Below are positions 1 through 7,344 of a stretch of DNA of 64,000 nucleotides, in pieces. The position numbers were made by a program, and so were the translations under genes. Where the stretch lies: the NCBI GenBank assembly GCA_963664295.1, contig OY760935.1, forward strand, positions 480,001 through 544,000, written 5' to 3'. Source of the DNA: Candidatus Altimarinota bacterium. Its GTDB lineage: Bacteria; Patescibacteriota; Gracilibacteria; CAIRYL01; GCA-016699755. Under the pieces are notes generated by a model. It saw only the letters and a program-made list of their open reading frames with translations, made no database searches and was not told where the DNA came from. The number at the start of each line of letters is the position of its first letter. Within the stretch, counting starts at the first letter, position 1.

Positions 1-397
1 TGCCGATATTATGAGCATCAAGATGTTTTGAGTAAATCGCATCAAAAGCCGGTGAATATATTGCCTCCCCTAAGCCAATAACAACTTGTATCAAAAAAAC
101 CGCCACAATTGAATTTGCCCAAACATATAAAGCAAAACCCAACCCCATAATCGCATAACCAAAAGCCATTATCAGCTCTTTATTTTTTATCTGATCACTG
201 AAACGACCAGAAACCAAACTCACTGTCCCAGCTATAAAAGCAAAAATCGCACCTGCAAAACTAGCATCAAGAAGATCGCCACCAATTTCTTTCACAAAAA
301 GTGCGTAAATTGGACCAAGCATAGCAGCAGCAAGCAAAATTAAGGCATTTGTTACCAATAAAATCCTTAACGCCTTATTAAATAAAAATCTTTTCAT
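1..397 (-). CDS. MFS transporter (runs off the window edge; absent from the ORF track)
   Basis: Manual translation from ATG at 397: MKRFLFNKALRILLVTNALILLAAAMLGPIYALFVKKIGG...SGRFSDQIKNK (MFS motif A-like) ...IGLGEAIYSPAFDAI; hydrophobic helices. Confidence 0.8.
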   Translation of the reverse strand, partial: MKRFLFNKALRILLVTNALILLAAAMLGPIYALFVKEIGGDLLDASFAGAIFAFIAGTVSLVSGRFSDQIKNKELIMAFGYAIMGLGFALYVWANSIVAVFLIQVVIGLGEAIYSPAFDAIYSKHLDAHNIG

Positions 398-411
398 TTA
401 AATTAATAAAA

Positions 412-1461
412 TTAAGGACAAACATTAGGACACTCTTCATGAATTTGCTCAATCCCCTGCTTAATTTCTTCAGAAAGTTTAATGTCCAAAGCAGAAATAC
501 AGTCTTCTAATTGCTCTACATTTGAAGGGCCAATAATTGTGCTGATCACAAAAAATTGTTCATAAACAAAGGCAAGTGCCATTTGTGGTAAAGTTAAGCC
601 ATGTTTTTCTGCTAAGGCTTTATATTTTTTAATTAAATTTTCCACTCTTTCTGTGCGATAGCGAGGCACAAAATCAGGATAATTGGTGAAACGACCACCC
701 GCTGGCTTAGCATTATCTAAATAACGCCCACCCAAAACTCCATAAGCCAAAGGAGAATAAGCCAAAAGACCTATGCCTTCCCTGTGTGTAATTTCTGCCA
801 AACTATTTTCATAAGTTCGTGTTAGCAAACTATAATTATTTTGAATACTTGCAATACGCGGTAAATCAAACTCTTTTGCCAATCGTAAATACTCCATCAC
901 ACCCCAAGGGGTTTCATTACTAACTCCAATATGTTTAATTTTTCCTTCTTTTTGCAATTCTTGAGCCACTTTCAAAGTCTCTACAATCGGCACAGCTTTC
1001 TCATCGTCCATAGGCACATAAGCTCGTTGTCCAAATTTGTTCACATTTCTATCTGGCCAATGAAATTGATACAAATCTATATAATCAGTTTTTAGTCTTT
1101 TTAAGCTACCTTCCACAGCCAAACGAATATTTTTACGATCAAAATGAGTATTACCATCGCGTATGTAATTTTCCTCTGCACTACGAGAAGGACCAAAAAC
1201 TTTAGTTGCCAAAACAACTTGATCGCGTTTTTTTCGTGATTCAAACCAACGACCAATTATTTCTTCTGTTAATCCATATGTTTCCTTGGACGGAGGTATT
1301 GAATACATCTCTGCTGTATCCCAAAAATTAATCCCCAATTCCAAGGCTCTATCCATAACTTCAAAAGCGGTTTCTTCTGAGACATGAGCGCCAAAACTCA
1401 TTGTGCCCAAACAAATTTTACTTATTTTAGTATCTGTGCCCGAAAGCTTTGTATATTGCAT
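412..1461 (-). CDS. Aldo/keto reductase, Tas-like
   Basis: ICLGTMSFG, DTAEMY, LATKV, DYIDLYQFHWP, IGVSNET, IQNNYSLL, AYSPLA motifs. Confidence 0.93.
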   Translation of the reverse strand: MQYTKLSGTDTKISKICLGTMSFGAHVSEETAFEVMDRALELGINFWDTAEMYSIPPSKETYGLTEEIIGRWFESRKKRDQVVLATKVFGPSRSAEENYIRDGNTHFDRKNIRLAVEGSLKRLKTDYIDLYQFHWPDRNVNKFGQRAYVPMDDEKAVPIVETLKVAQELQKEGKIKHIGVSNETPWGVMEYLRLAKEFDLPRIASIQNNYSLLTRTYENSLAEITHREGIGLLAYSPLAYGVLGGRYLDNAKPAGGRFTNYPDFVPRYRTERVENLIKKYKALAEKHGLTLPQMALAFVYEQFFVISTIIGPSNVEQLEDCISALDIKLSEEIKQGIEQIHEECPNVCP

Positions 1462-1576
1462 AGTGATTTATAAATACAAAATTATCGTAATGTTTAATTT
1501 ATTTTTGAGCAAACCTAAAAATATACAGTAATCAAGAGAGTTTATTACTATATACACATTTTTAATCTTTAATCAA

Positions 1577-2158
1577 TTATGACTGTGGCTCGTCCAACTC
1601 CTCAGCAACTTCAGCTGTTCTTTGATTATGACCCTGCAAGCCCCTAAAAGAAGCTAATGCATAGTTATTAGCACCTGCTTTTTCAAATTTTTCAACCAAA
1701 GCCTCAATTTTCTTTTCTGAAGACCAGTTCTGAAAATATTTCTGTGCTGTATCAAAAGCTTCTGTGTATTCTTGATTTATAATAACAAATTCAGGCTCTT
1801 TTTTAATTGCACTTTTAAGCGCTTCGTTCAAATTGGCAATAGCATCTTCCCCTCCTTGTTCTATTGCATCTAAGGTTCTTTTTTCTGCCCCTGTTGTGCG
1901 AAAAATTCCAAAAGCTGAATCAATACTATCACTAGTGGCTTCTATATCTCTTTTTAGTCTATCTGCATTAGATTTCATAACACTAACACTGCTTTCTATT
2001 GATTTTAATTTCTCGGCTTTTTTGCCTCCTTCTTCAGTTTCATCATATTTTAAAGCTGATTTTAGCGCATTTGTTTTGTCAAAGGTGCTGTCAAAACCTT
2101 TAGTAGTTCTTAGCTCTTGATCAGAATAATCCGGTTCTAAAAAGTCAGGTGTAGCCAT
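1577..2158 (-). CDS. Hypothetical helical protein (start likely MATPDF at 2158)
   Basis: Long ORF; ATG at 2158 lies just downstream of the preceding gene; no recognisable motif. Confidence 0.6.
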   Translation of the reverse strand: MATPDFLEPDYSDQELRTTKGFDSTFDKTNALKSALKYDETEEGGKKAEKLKSIESSVSVMKSNADRLKRDIEATSDSIDSAFGIFRTTGAEKRTLDAIEQGGEDAIANLNEALKSAIKKEPEFVIINQEYTEAFDTAQKYFQNWSSEKKIEALVEKFEKAGANNYALASFRGLQGHNQRTAEVAEELDEPQS

Positions 2159-2174
2159 TTTGTTTTTGCTTAAA

Positions 2175-2480
2175 TTAGTTAATAGAATCCAAAAGTTCAT
2201 CAGCCTTTGCACTATCTTCAAGCGCCTGCTGATTATCAAGTTCTTTTAGTTTTTTGCTTCTTATTTTCTTTAAATCATCTAAAAAGCCTTTTTTTACTTT
2301 AAATAGCTCTTGCATATTTTGCACAATCAGAGCCAAAGCTCCTTTTTGCGCCTTTTCGTCCATCTTGGAAATATTTTTAACTATGATTTTTTTAAGGCCT
2401 TCGTCTAAGTCAAAAACTCCCAAATATTCATAAATCAATTCAGTTATTTCAATATCTACATTTTTGTTTTTTATTTGCAT
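2175..2480 (-). CDS. Hypothetical protein
   Basis: 101-aa ORF, same strand as and adjacent to 1577-2158. Confidence 0.6.
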   Translation of the reverse strand: MQIKNKNVDIEITELIYEYLGVFDLDEGLKKIIVKNISKMDEKAQKGALALIVQNMQELFKVKKGFLDDLKKIRSKKLKELDNQQALEDSAKADELLDSIN

Positions 2481-2594
2481 ATTTTTTATTTATTTTTCTA
2501 TTTATTTTAGCATTTTTATAAATTTTTTGCAAGGGGGTGAGGCGACCGCTTTATTAGGCGTGAGGTCGCAGAGCCGAGTCAAGTGCGCAAATCA

Positions 2595-2635
2595 ATTTAA
2601 AAAATATTCATGCTTTGCATGAATCTTTTTTAAAT
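2595..2635 (-). terminator. Hairpin directly 3' of the tRNA-Pro CCA
   Basis: atttaaaaaatattcatgc-ttt-gcatgaatcttttttaaat, 19-bp arms with 1 mismatch. Confidence 0.6.
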
Positions 2636-2711
2636 GGTCGGGGCAGCAGGACTCGAACCTGCGACCTCACGGTCCCAAACCGCGCACTCTAGCCAACTGA
2701 GCTATGCCCCG
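2635..2711 (-). tRNA. tRNA-Pro(TGG)
   Basis: CGGGGCATAGCTCAGTTGGCTAGAGTGCGCGGTTTGGGACCGTGAGGTCGCAGGTTCGAGTCCTGCTGCCCCGACCA; full cloverleaf, loop TT-TGG-GA, encoded CCA. Confidence 0.97.
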
Positions 2712-2717
2712 ATGATG

Positions 2718-2966
2718 TTAAAAATCTTTACTGTCCTCCAAAATCTTTTTTAAAAACTCTCTGCCTTTACCTGATTTTAAAAACTTTTCTCTTTTCATTG
2801 CCTCTCCTCTGCTACTTACCTCCTCACAATATACCAATTTCCAAGGGCCTTTCCCAGTTGTCCAACGATTACTACCATTATTGTGAATATCAATGCGTCG
2901 ATCAATATCTTTTGTAATACCTTTATAAAGAATTCCTGCCTGATTTTTAATAACGTAAACGAACAT
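2718..2966 (-). CDS. Small GIY-YIG nuclease (SLX1-like/UPF0213 type), copy 1
   Basis: FVYVI...LYKGIT.D..RR...HN.G....T..KGPWKLVY.E......A..REKFLKSGKGR pattern. Confidence 0.9.
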   Translation of the reverse strand: MFVYVIKNQAGILYKGITKDIDRRIDIHNNGSNRWTTGKGPWKLVYCEEVSSRGEAMKREKFLKSGKGREFLKKILEDSKDF

Positions 2967-2974
2967 AAAAAGTA

Positions 2975-3032
2975 AACCTGCGACCTCATCCGCCTAAGGC
3001 GGACGCACTCTAGCCAACTGAGCTATGCCCCG
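2975..3032 (-). pseudogene. 5' tRNA-Pro fragment with palindrome-substituted anticodon arm
   Basis: Identical to the tRNA from its 5' end to GCAGGTT, except 13 nt of the anticodon arm are replaced by TCCGCCTTAGGCGGA (2989-3003); lacks the 3' T-stem and acceptor strand. Confidence 0.9.
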
Positions 3033-3038
3033 ATGATG

Positions 3039-3287
3039 TTAAAAATCTTTACTGTCCTCCAAAATCTTTTTTAAAAACTCTCTGCCTTTACCTGATTTTA
3101 AAAACTTTTCTCTTTTCATTGCCTCTCCTCTGCTACTTACCTCCTCACAATATACCAATTTCCAAGGGCCTTTCCCAGTTGTCCAACGATTACTACCATT
3201 ATTGTGAATATCAATGCGTCGATCAATATCTTTTGTAATACCTTTATAAAGAATTCCTGCCTGATTTTTAATAACGTAAACGAACAT
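3039..3287 (-). CDS. Small GIY-YIG nuclease, copy 2 (identical to copy 1)
   Basis: Same 82-aa translation as 2718-2966. Confidence 0.9.
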   Translation of the reverse strand: MFVYVIKNQAGILYKGITKDIDRRIDIHNNGSNRWTTGKGPWKLVYCEEVSSRGEAMKREKFLKSGKGREFLKKILEDSKDF

Positions 3288-3295
3288 AAAAAGTA

Positions 3296-3353
3296 AACCT
3301 GCGACCTCATCCGCCTAAGGCGGACGCACTCTAGCCAACTGAGCTATGCCCCG
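3296..3353 (-). pseudogene. 5' tRNA-Pro fragment with palindrome, copy 2
   Basis: Identical to 2975-3032; palindrome at 3310-3324. Confidence 0.9.
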
Positions 3354-3376
3354 ATGATGTTAAAAATCTTTACAAG

Positions 3377-3426
3377 CTCATCCACCACCTAAGGCGGACG
3401 CATTTTACCCAACCAAGCTATGCCCG
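3377..3426 (-). pseudogene. Degenerate third tRNA-Pro fragment
   Basis: ctcatccaccacctaaggcggacgcattttacccaaccaagctatgcccg aligns to the other fragments with several substitutions and indels. Confidence 0.75.
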
Positions 3427-3446
3427 AATTTTAAACGAGCTTTCCT

Positions 3447-3474
3447 ATTCTAATTAAAAATTAAAATAAATCAA
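3447..3474 (-). promoter_or_regulatory. Putative sigma70 promoter for the tRNA-Pro/GIY-YIG array
   Basis: TTGATT-16 nt-TAGAAT followed by AGGAAAGCT; similar AGAATAGG precedes tRNA-Arg (about 8921-8928) and rpsP (about 22061-22068). Confidence 0.5.
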
Positions 3475-3698
3475 TATTTTTATTGCAAAATCATCATTGT
3501 TCAAAAAATGTATTCAATAAATTCAATCATAATAACATTAAAAATAAACATTTTTTACTTACAGAATAAAATTTTTATACATATTATTCATTTCTATTAA
3601 AAGCTATTTATGAATTATGAAATCTATTTAATTTTCAGGTTTGACAGTAATATTTATTTGATTTAAAAAGTAAGTATATGTATAAAAAAATTTAATCA

Positions 3699-4844
3699 AT
3701 GCCTGTTTTAACAAAAAAGACCCTTGGTCTTTTCGAGAGGTGGCTGGATTTTTTACTAACTGCGAATAATAATTCTGCGAATAAAGTGGTTTTAATAGAC
3801 TTTTTCTTAAAAGAATTTACCAAAAACACTAAAGAGTTTTATCGTTTTTTGTTTTATCTGGAAAATATTTTAACAAGCAAAAAACAGAGTCACATTGCGA
3901 CTAGAGATAATCTGGCAACAAAGCATATTAATATTATTTCTCCGCTTAGTGATCGTTTTAATTTTTATGAAGAAAAATGTAAGTTGGACGATATCTGTTT
4001 TAAAATTTTAGAACCTAAAAAATACAAAAAACTTTCCAGAGAGGTTTTGAGGTATAAAAAAAACTCAAAAAAAATAATTAAACAAGGTTCAAATATTTTA
4101 AACAATCTTTTGTTGAATAAAAATTATGAATTTATTCTTAGAGGTCGTTATAAAAACATTTATAGCATCTATCAAAAACTACAAAAAAAGCAAAAAAAGA
4201 AAATAAATAGTCTTAGTGATGTTTTTGCTTTTAGGATTATTCTTAAAAACAATAATCCTCAGGCTTGTTATCAAATACTCAGCCTTCTGCATGATAATTT
4301 TAATGTTTTGTCTAAAAAATTTAAGGACTACATCAATATTCCTAAAATTAATGGCTATCAAAGTATTCACACTAGCTTAAAAGACCTAATACCTAACCTT
4401 GATTTACTTATTGAAGTTCAAATCAGAAGTCAAAAAATGCATGATTTTGCTGAAAAAGGTTTGGCTGCACATTGGCTTTATAAACACCAAATAAGCCACT
4501 TTGAATTTCAAAATAAATTTTTTCCTGCCCATAGAGCTGAGGACATGGTTTACTTTTTTTCTTTTGAGGGTGATCTTTTTAAAATGGAAAAAGGTGTTAA
4601 AATTATAGACTTTGCTTATAATATACATACAAGCATAGGCAACAAGGCAAAATCTGCAATTGTAAATGGTAATATTAAAAATATTGATTATGAAATTAAA
4701 GAGGGAGATAAGGTAAAAATTCTTAAATCTAGTTTTGATAGGGTAAAAATTAAGTGGCTGGAATACACAAGTAATAAAAACACTCGCAAAAAAATAATTT
4801 ATGCTACAAAAAAATATGGAAACAACCTACAAGCAACTAATTAA
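3699..4844 (+). CDS. RelA/SpoT-family (p)ppGpp synthetase + TGS, lacking an intact HD hydrolase and C-terminal ZFD/ACT
   Basis: GRYKNIYSIYQK, DVFAFRII, KDYINIPKINGYQSIHT, EVQIRSQKMHDFAEKGLAAHWLYK; TGS IDFAYNIHTSIGNKAKSAIVNG. Confidence 0.88.
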   Translation: MPVLTKKTLGLFERWLDFLLTANNNSANKVVLIDFFLKEFTKNTKEFYRFLFYLENILTSKKQSHIATRDNLATKHINIISPLSDRFNFYEEKCKLDDICFKILEPKKYKKLSREVLRYKKNSKKIIKQGSNILNNLLLNKNYEFILRGRYKNIYSIYQKLQKKQKKKINSLSDVFAFRIILKNNNPQACYQILSLLHDNFNVLSKKFKDYINIPKINGYQSIHTSLKDLIPNLDLLIEVQIRSQKMHDFAEKGLAAHWLYKHQISHFEFQNKFFPAHRAEDMVYFFSFEGDLFKMEKGVKIIDFAYNIHTSIGNKAKSAIVNGNIKNIDYEIKEGDKVKILKSSFDRVKIKWLEYTSNKNTRKKIIYATKKYGNNLQATN

Positions 4845-6375
4845 AAATATGGGTGAAGCTGCCTGGCTTGGTAATATAAATGGAAAAACTACCTTTGCCA
4901 ATACTGCATTTTATAAATTGCTTGATATCAAAAAAGAGACTTTAAATAAAAAAAATATTTTTGATTTCTTAGAATTAAAAAATAAAGGGGTAAAATCTTG
5001 TCATGAGGCTGTTTTATTAAGAAAAAACAAACAAAAAATTCCTATTTATTTACACAATATTAAATTAGATGATGATTGGTGTATAAAAATAGCTACTGAT
5101 TTACGAAAAATAAAAAAACAAGAGTCTGTTTACAAAAAATTGATTGAAAATATGCATGAGGGCGTGTGGATGGGTGATGAAAAAAACAGAACTATTTACG
5201 CCAATCCCCGCTTCTGCTCTATGCTTGATTATTCTTTTGAAGAAATGGCTGGTAAAGACTTTTTTTCTTTTTGGGACAAAAAAAGCATTGAAAAAATTAA
5301 AAAATTAAATAAAACCAAACACAAAAAAGGCTTAAGCACTGCATGCGAAGGAATTTTGCTTTCCAAAAAAAGAGAAATGCCAGTATTTTTAAGCGCCACT
5401 CCTCTGTGTAGCGGTGGTTTTATTGGTATTATTACTGATTTAAGTGAGCTAAAAAAGAAAGAAAAAAGCGAAAAAATGCTCTCAAAAGCAATTAAATATT
5501 CAACTGATGCAATTATTGTCTTCAATGACAAAAGAAAAGTTCTTATTTGGAATAAGGGTGCAAAAACAATGCTTGGTTATAAAGAATCAGAAATAATCAA
5601 CAAAGATATAAAAACAATAATCCCCTTACAAAAGCTAAGATTAATGTTGAAAAATTGCGAAGGTCTACAGAATCTGGAAATCGAAGTAAAGCATAAAAAT
5701 GGAAACAAAATTAAAATTGCTACTACTTTTACTCCTATTTTTAACAAAAAAAACGAAAATCATGACAATGAAGATAATTATTTAATTATTGCCAGAGATA
5801 TTACTACTCAAAGAAGCCTTGAAGAAGAACTCGATATTAAACATCAAAAAATAAAAGAGGTCTATGGCGATCTTGGCAATATTAAGCGCCAAACTGACTA
5901 TATGTTTGAGCTTATTGATCTTTGTAATGAAAATCATGACAAAAAAACAATAGCTGATTTCATTGTGAGTTCTATTGCCATGTTAACCAAAATTGATGCT
6001 TGCGTTTTTAGAATTCATGAGCCTGGAAAAGGTACTCTTGAATTACTTTCTTCTTTTGGAGTTGGTGCTGATTGGGCTGGTAAATCTACCATTAAACTAA
6101 AAAACAGCCTTTTAGAAAGAGCTTACAAAAAAAACTTTCCTTTAAAAATTATTGATATTGGCAAAGAACTTCAGTATCAATCAAAACATTTGGCAAAAAA
6201 AAATAATTTATATTCTTTACTTTTAGTTCCTATTCAGTTTCAGGGTCAATTAATTGGCAGTTTGTCGCTTTATGCAAGTCCGGAGAAAAAAATTAGTATC
6301 TTTGAAAATGATTTTATTGAAAAATACAGCAAGCTCATCAATATGATTGTCTATCACATGGTTTATTTGAGCTAA
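4816..6375 (+). CDS. PAS-PAS-PAS + coiled coil + GAF sensor with no recognisable output domain (start 4801 or 4816)
   Basis: Three PAS S-boxes (LIKNMGEA..FANTAF; LIENMHEG..YANPRFCSMLDY; STDAII..WNKGAKTMLGY..ARDIT); GAF end SLLLVPIQFQGQLIGSLSLY; no H-box, GGDEF or HATPase. Confidence 0.85.
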   Translation: METTYKQLIKNMGEAAWLGNINGKTTFANTAFYKLLDIKKETLNKKNIFDFLELKNKGVKSCHEAVLLRKNKQKIPIYLHNIKLDDDWCIKIATDLRKIKKQESVYKKLIENMHEGVWMGDEKNRTIYANPRFCSMLDYSFEEMAGKDFFSFWDKKSIEKIKKLNKTKHKKGLSTACEGILLSKKREMPVFLSATPLCSGGFIGIITDLSELKKKEKSEKMLSKAIKYSTDAIIVFNDKRKVLIWNKGAKTMLGYKESEIINKDIKTIIPLQKLRLMLKNCEGLQNLEIEVKHKNGNKIKIATTFTPIFNKKNENHDNEDNYLIIARDITTQRSLEEELDIKHQKIKEVYGDLGNIKRQTDYMFELIDLCNENHDKKTIADFIVSSIAMLTKIDACVFRIHEPGKGTLELLSSFGVGADWAGKSTIKLKNSLLERAYKKNFPLKIIDIGKELQYQSKHLAKKNNLYSLLLVPIQFQGQLIGSLSLYASPEKKISIFENDFIEKYSKLINMIVYHMVYLS

Positions 6376-6376
6376 T

Positions 6377-7201
6377 TTAATGCACTGTTTGCTTTTGGGT
6401 GGCAAAAATCTCCTCAGCTATTTTAATGTGTTCCTCAAAAAGACCTGCTTCATCTGGAGTAATAACTTCTGGTTTTCCATATTGCAAATGCTTAACCGGA
6501 ACTATAAAGGCTGGATTATCACCTTGAAATAATACTTTATGATGCAAAAGAGGATGATCAAAATTAGTTATATTACCTAAAGCATTGCGCACTCCACTAA
6601 CCTGCCACCTAAATAAATCTAATATATCAGATGGTAAACGACTGTCTGCAAAATAAATAACTTGATCTAACTGATCAGGTGAAAGCAATTTAATTACCGG
6701 TAAATCTGGGTCATTTTTATCTATCTCAAGTGGTAATTCTTGCAAATTATCACGACATTCATTTGCATTTACAGCTATTGGATCTAATGCCTTTTTTTTA
6801 ATAAAACCTCTATAATAAGGGGCGTCTTCTGGTTGCTCAAAAAAATATTGCATTTTTCCGCCTGTGCCAGATTTTTCCCCTTCAAATATTTTTTTCCAAC
6901 CATGCTGAGGATGATACATTTGTCTTCCTGCTTGATATTGAGCAATGGCCATTAAAAGCCTTTTGAAATAATGAATTAACAATTGTTGATATTCTGCGTT
7001 AAATATTTCAGAAGGCACTAATTCTTCAGCTTTTTCAACTCTTTCTTTTTCTTGATAAAGTGCTTTTTTTAAACCATTTTCATTTAAAGCAGTTCTTAAC
7101 ATTGCTTCTCTTTCTTTGTCTGCCTCCTGACCTGATAAAAAACTACTTCTATGATCTTTAATGATCATTCCTGACTTTTCGCTTTTATATTCTGCGGACA
7201 T
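6377..7201 (-). CDS. Hypothetical protein
   Basis: 274-aa ORF with an upstream promoter-like element. Confidence 0.7.
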   Translation of the reverse strand: MSAEYKSEKSGMIIKDHRSSFLSGQEADKEREAMLRTALNENGLKKALYQEKERVEKAEELVPSEIFNAEYQQLLIHYFKRLLMAIAQYQAGRQMYHPQHGWKKIFEGEKSGTGGKMQYFFEQPEDAPYYRGFIKKKALDPIAVNANECRDNLQELPLEIDKNDPDLPVIKLLSPDQLDQVIYFADSRLPSDILDLFRWQVSGVRNALGNITNFDHPLLHHKVLFQGDNPAFIVPVKHLQYGKPEVITPDEAGLFEEHIKIAEEIFATQKQTVH

Positions 7202-7222
7202 TTTAAAAAATAAAAGGTTGGC

Positions 7223-7251
7223 ATACTAAAATTGTTTAAGCTATTTGTCAA
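7223..7251 (-). promoter_or_regulatory. sigma70 promoter for 6377-7201
   Basis: TTGACA (7246-7251)-17 nt-TAGTAT (7223-7228) on the minus strand. Confidence 0.6.
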
Positions 7252-7344
7252 GCTTAATTATCTCTTCAAGTTATCTTGAACTATTTTAAAATACTTGACA
7301 AAATAAATTTTTAATGTATTATATTGACCTTTTTAAATTAAACT

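Larger units (their letters stand above)
2683..3373. repeat. 321-bp tandem repeat (about 2.15 units): tRNA-Pro 5' fragment plus GIY-YIG gene
   Basis: cgcactctagccaactgagctatgccccgatgatgttaaaaatctttac at 2683, 3004 and 3325; the two full units appear identical. Confidence 0.95.

Noticed and set aside
2975-3032. Ochre-suppressor tRNA (TTA at the hairpin centre)
   Set aside because: The fragment lacks the 3' T-stem, acceptor strand and CCA, and the arm is a closed palindrome without a 7-nt loop
2683-3373. CRISPR array
   Set aside because: Units are 321 bp, identical and protein-coding; no unique spacers and no cas genes
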